Source of the DNA: Felis catus
Lineage: Eukaryota
Assembly (NCBI RefSeq): GCF_018350175.1
Contig: NC_058382.1
Location: 59,646,001-59,710,000 of the forward strand
Length of the DNA stretch: 64,000 bases
Reading direction: 5' to 3'
Numbering within the stretch: the stretch's first letter is position 1; each line of letters opens with the position of its first letter. Positions 60,678-64,000 of the stretch are shown here, piece after piece. The notes beneath the pieces are model-generated. The model worked only from the letters and a program-made list of their open reading frames with translations. It was not told where the DNA came from and did not search any database. The translations under genes and the position numbers were made by a program.

Positions 60678-62693
60678 GTGGTTTGCCCGCAGGGGCCTTC
60701 CCAGACCCATCTCCCCTCCGGTGGACCAGAGAGGTTGAGGGCAGACACTCCAGAAGTCAGAGTGAGCAGATTCCAATCCTGGCTCTCACCCCCAGCTTGC
60801 CCCGTGTCTCCCTTCCTCTGCAAGATGGAGGTAAAAGGTACCTACTTGAAGAGGCGGCTGGAGAATTAGGTGAGAGCCTGCTCAGCAGGTGCTCAAGACG
60901 TGGTGGCTGCCAACATCTGTAGGAGCATCTCCATCCTGTGGTCTGCTGAAGACAGGAGCCCCGCAACACATGCGTTGCTGTAAACATCGGAAACGGCCGG
61001 GGTGAGCGGTATCCACGTCACCTGGACTCTGAACAAGCTCTTGCTGCCGAATGAGTGCCCTTGAGCTGACTGTGTGCGTGTGTGTTTGCAGCACAGACAA
61101 CCCCCAGGTTGGCCCAAGCCATTTCCACGACAGAGAACAAAAATGGCAGCATATCATCCCAGCTGCGGTCAATCATCATAGCTGCGGTGGGCTCCGTGCA
61201 CAGGACACAGAGTGGCAAGTCACTTTTAAAGGACAGACAGCTAGCAAGTGACAGAGCTCGGCCTTGTGTTTGGGAGCTCACTGTGCCTCCTGCCAAGCCC
61301 AGCCAAGCTAAAGGTTTTGGCACCAAAGGAGGGAAGGCCGAAAGAAATGCCAGGGGACAAAGCACTTTCACGCCTCATTTAACCCTTGTGACATGCCTTT
61401 GAGATCAATAGATCGTTATCCTCACCTGGCAAAGGAGGCGACTGAGCCTTGAGGAAGGAGAGCTGAGCGGATGCGGGCGGAGCAGGGCTAGAACCAAGGG
61501 TTCCTGACCCCCAGTCCTGCCGCCCTGTCCCCCCTGGAATGGCTGCAAATGGAGGCTGAATAGAGATGACAACCCTGTGGGTGAGGAAGGTCATCATAGG
61601 GCATCTCTTCAACACGGCTCAGGTGACCTTGGAGTCACGGAGCTCACGCTCGTGGAGACCTGCCGGAGGCTGTGTGCTTTGCATTATTTCCTTCGATTCT
61701 CCTTTCGCAGATGAAGAGACTGTGGTTCAGAGAGGCCACCTGCCCTCTGCACACCACCTGCAAGGACAGATCCCACGTCCGGTCCACTGTGTGACCCTAG
61801 TCGCATTGGATGTTTCCTGACCGAGTGGAGGCCTTGCCCTCACATGTTAACCACGGCAGCTCTGGTGCGCGGTTGTGTTTGCTCGTATGTGTAATGTGTA
61901 TTTGACTTCAGCTTTAGATTCTGTCTGAAGAGTGGTTTCTGAAGCTGACCGTTTTTTGAAGCCACTGGTCCATAGGTCACATGTGTGATTCTTTTCATGC
62001 ATTGGCTCCTTGGCACTGAGACTTCCTCTTTCTTACGCAGGGACAGCTTTCCACGTGGACATCTGTACGCAACTCTCAGAACCATCCCTGGCTGTGAAAT
62101 ACGGTAAGGCCATGCCAGCGTGTCCCAAGGGAAGTTCAGTCCTGTTGGCACACGTCTGTTGGCACCTTAATTAAACTATAAGCTCCCTGAGAATAGGGAC
62201 CGACCGGTCTGATAAGTTTTTGTCATTTTGAGTTTCCAGCTCTAGATGGATGCCTTGTATACAGAAGGCACTCGCTAAGTGTTTGCTGATGGTCGTTGCG
62301 ACTTCCCAAATAAGTTTTTGCAATGCTGCTTCTAGAGCTCTGCCTTTTCCTCTGTAGAGATTGTGGTACCGTGCTGATTTCTCCAGTGAGTACAGAATCT
62401 TGTCTATCAGGGATGATTTATTATGTGTAATTATGTTTCTGACCCTTGCAGAGTGGAATTTTTTCCCAAAATATTGGTACTATTTCCTTGTAACATAGCC
62501 TGAATCCCAGGACAGGAAAGACTTGATCCGAAGAGAATGTGGTGGTCATGTGAGGTTAACTTCTTCATCAGCAGATGAAAAAGGAGATAAAGGGACCATC
62601 AGGGGTCATCCAGCCAGTTCACTTATCAACCTGCCTTTGGAGGCTGATTCCTAACATAGAAAATAGTTGGTATGATTCACAACTTCTTCAGAT

Positions 62694-62898
62694 GTTTTTA
62701 ATGTTTTTTATTTTTGAGAGAAAGAGACAGAGGGTGAGTGGGGGAGAGGGAGAGAGAGAGGGAGACACAGAATCCGAAACAGGCTCCAGGCTCCAAGCTG
62801 ACAGCACAGAGCCCGACGTGGGGCTCGAACCCGCTGACCGTGAGATCGTGACCTGAGCTGAAGTCGGACGCTTAACCGACTGAGCCACCTGGGTGCCC
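62694..62898 (-). mobile_element. Can-SINE
   Basis: Near-consensus reverse copy; flanking repeat TCTTCAGAT. Confidence 0.92.
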
Positions 62899-62999
62899 AA
62901 CAAAGTCTTCAGATTTTGGATCAACTGTGTTTGGCCAAGTTTTTCTGTATTAAATGTATGATAACATTTTACGATAACGTGTTCTCGATAATGTGATGT

Positions 63000-63480
63000 T
63001 ATCCATGTAACCTGCTAACTAGCAGGTCAGAAAATCCTGAGACATGAAGGATCCAGAATTGGTTCATGCACTGTCTCGTGGACACCACTGAGGACCCAGC
63101 CTCTTTCTGTCTATACATTGCGCCCTCCTCAGGGTGTTAGCCTTGACCTTAGGCTGGTTCTCCTCAGGCTAACAAGTGCCTGCAGCTGTTCCAGGCATCA
63201 CATCCAGCTTCCAACAGAAGGAGAAAGATTATCTTTCTTTGCGTATCAAGTTTAAGGGGGAAAAAAGTCTTTCACTGAAGCCCCTCTGCTCATTGGCTAG
63301 GTTGTGTCATATATCCACTGAAACTAACCACAGACAAGAGGGCTGGAGTCCTCGTAATGGCCCTTGATCAATCAAGATATGCCTTCTGGGACTGGAGCCT
63401 GCCTCTCCTGAAGCCCATACATGTACAGAGTGTGTAGAAACTGAACAAAATCAGGGGTCTCTTTGCAGATGAGGATGGTG
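63000..63480 (-). mobile_element. Old MLT1J/K-like LTR
   Basis: ggacccagcctctttctgtct...ctgcagctgttccaggcatcacatcc...ctcattggctag. Confidence 0.55.
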
Positions 63481-64000
63481 AGGCTCAGGTCACCTGTGGT
63501 ACACTCTAACTGAGATCTGTCCGACCCCAATTATGTCTCCAACGGACCACACTGCCACGTTACGTGAGGTTGTTGTCACCCTTTATCATAAACGCACTGG
63601 GCATCACCTTCCACTAGAGCCAGCTTTTGATCAGGTACGTGCTCCGTAATCAGCCATTTCACAGCTGGGCAGATACAGCCAGGCCAGGTTCCCGCATTGT
63701 CCGGAGGCCAGGTCTGCCGGGTTAATCTCCTCGTCGCCGGGAAGGACTCCGCAGCCCCTGAGTGCACTTTCTCCCTTCCCGGCCACCCCGCGGCTAGTTC
63801 TCCGGGAGCGAGGGAGGGGACGTGTTGCTTCCCAGTCCCGTCAGCCTCTCTGGAAAGTTGGCTGAGAGGCGAGGTTGGAGGGGCCGTCTGTAGTGGGCGG
63901 GGGCACCCCTGGACTGGTTCACCCATCGCTGGCCCGTCGCCACAGATAACTGAGGGGTCACACCTCCACGACAACCTTCTCACCCTCTGGCTCACGTGCG

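Noticed and set aside
59857..60869. 170-aa and 232-aa ORFs
   Set aside because: Overlap decayed LTR and MIR sequence; no splice structure or protein family recognisable.

Overview
This window is mammalian genomic DNA, almost certainly from a cat-family (feliform) carnivore, judging by the many SINEC_Fc-type Can-SINEs. It contains the 5' part of ZCCHC14 on the minus strand. ZCCHC14 is the Smaug-like SAM/zinc-knuckle adaptor of TENT4. I traced nine coding exons from the ATG at 50440 down to 513. All have GT-AG boundaries and consistent phases (1481 nt, about 493 codons, through the SAM domain), and the gene continues past the left edge. Exon 1 and its very GC-rich leader lie in a CpG-island promoter (about 49.4-52.0 kb). 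Positions 52-64 kb look like repeat-rich upstream DNA (MaLR LTRs, MIR, L1, L2) with no credible protein-coding gene. I found no CRISPR array, RNA gene or new multi-gene system, and most ORF-track entries are GC-content or repeat artefacts. The best leads are: (1) a complex translation-initiation region with two strong-context uORFs, an in-frame leaky-type stop followed by a CUG, and a second Kozak-perfect Met138; (2) an expanded poly-Gly tract; (3) a 79-nt intron whose retention would remove the SAM domain; (4) several head-to-head SINE pairs plus one fold-back SINE chimera fused at an internal palindrome. Repeat family names come from recognised motifs, not a database search, so old-repeat boundaries are approximate.
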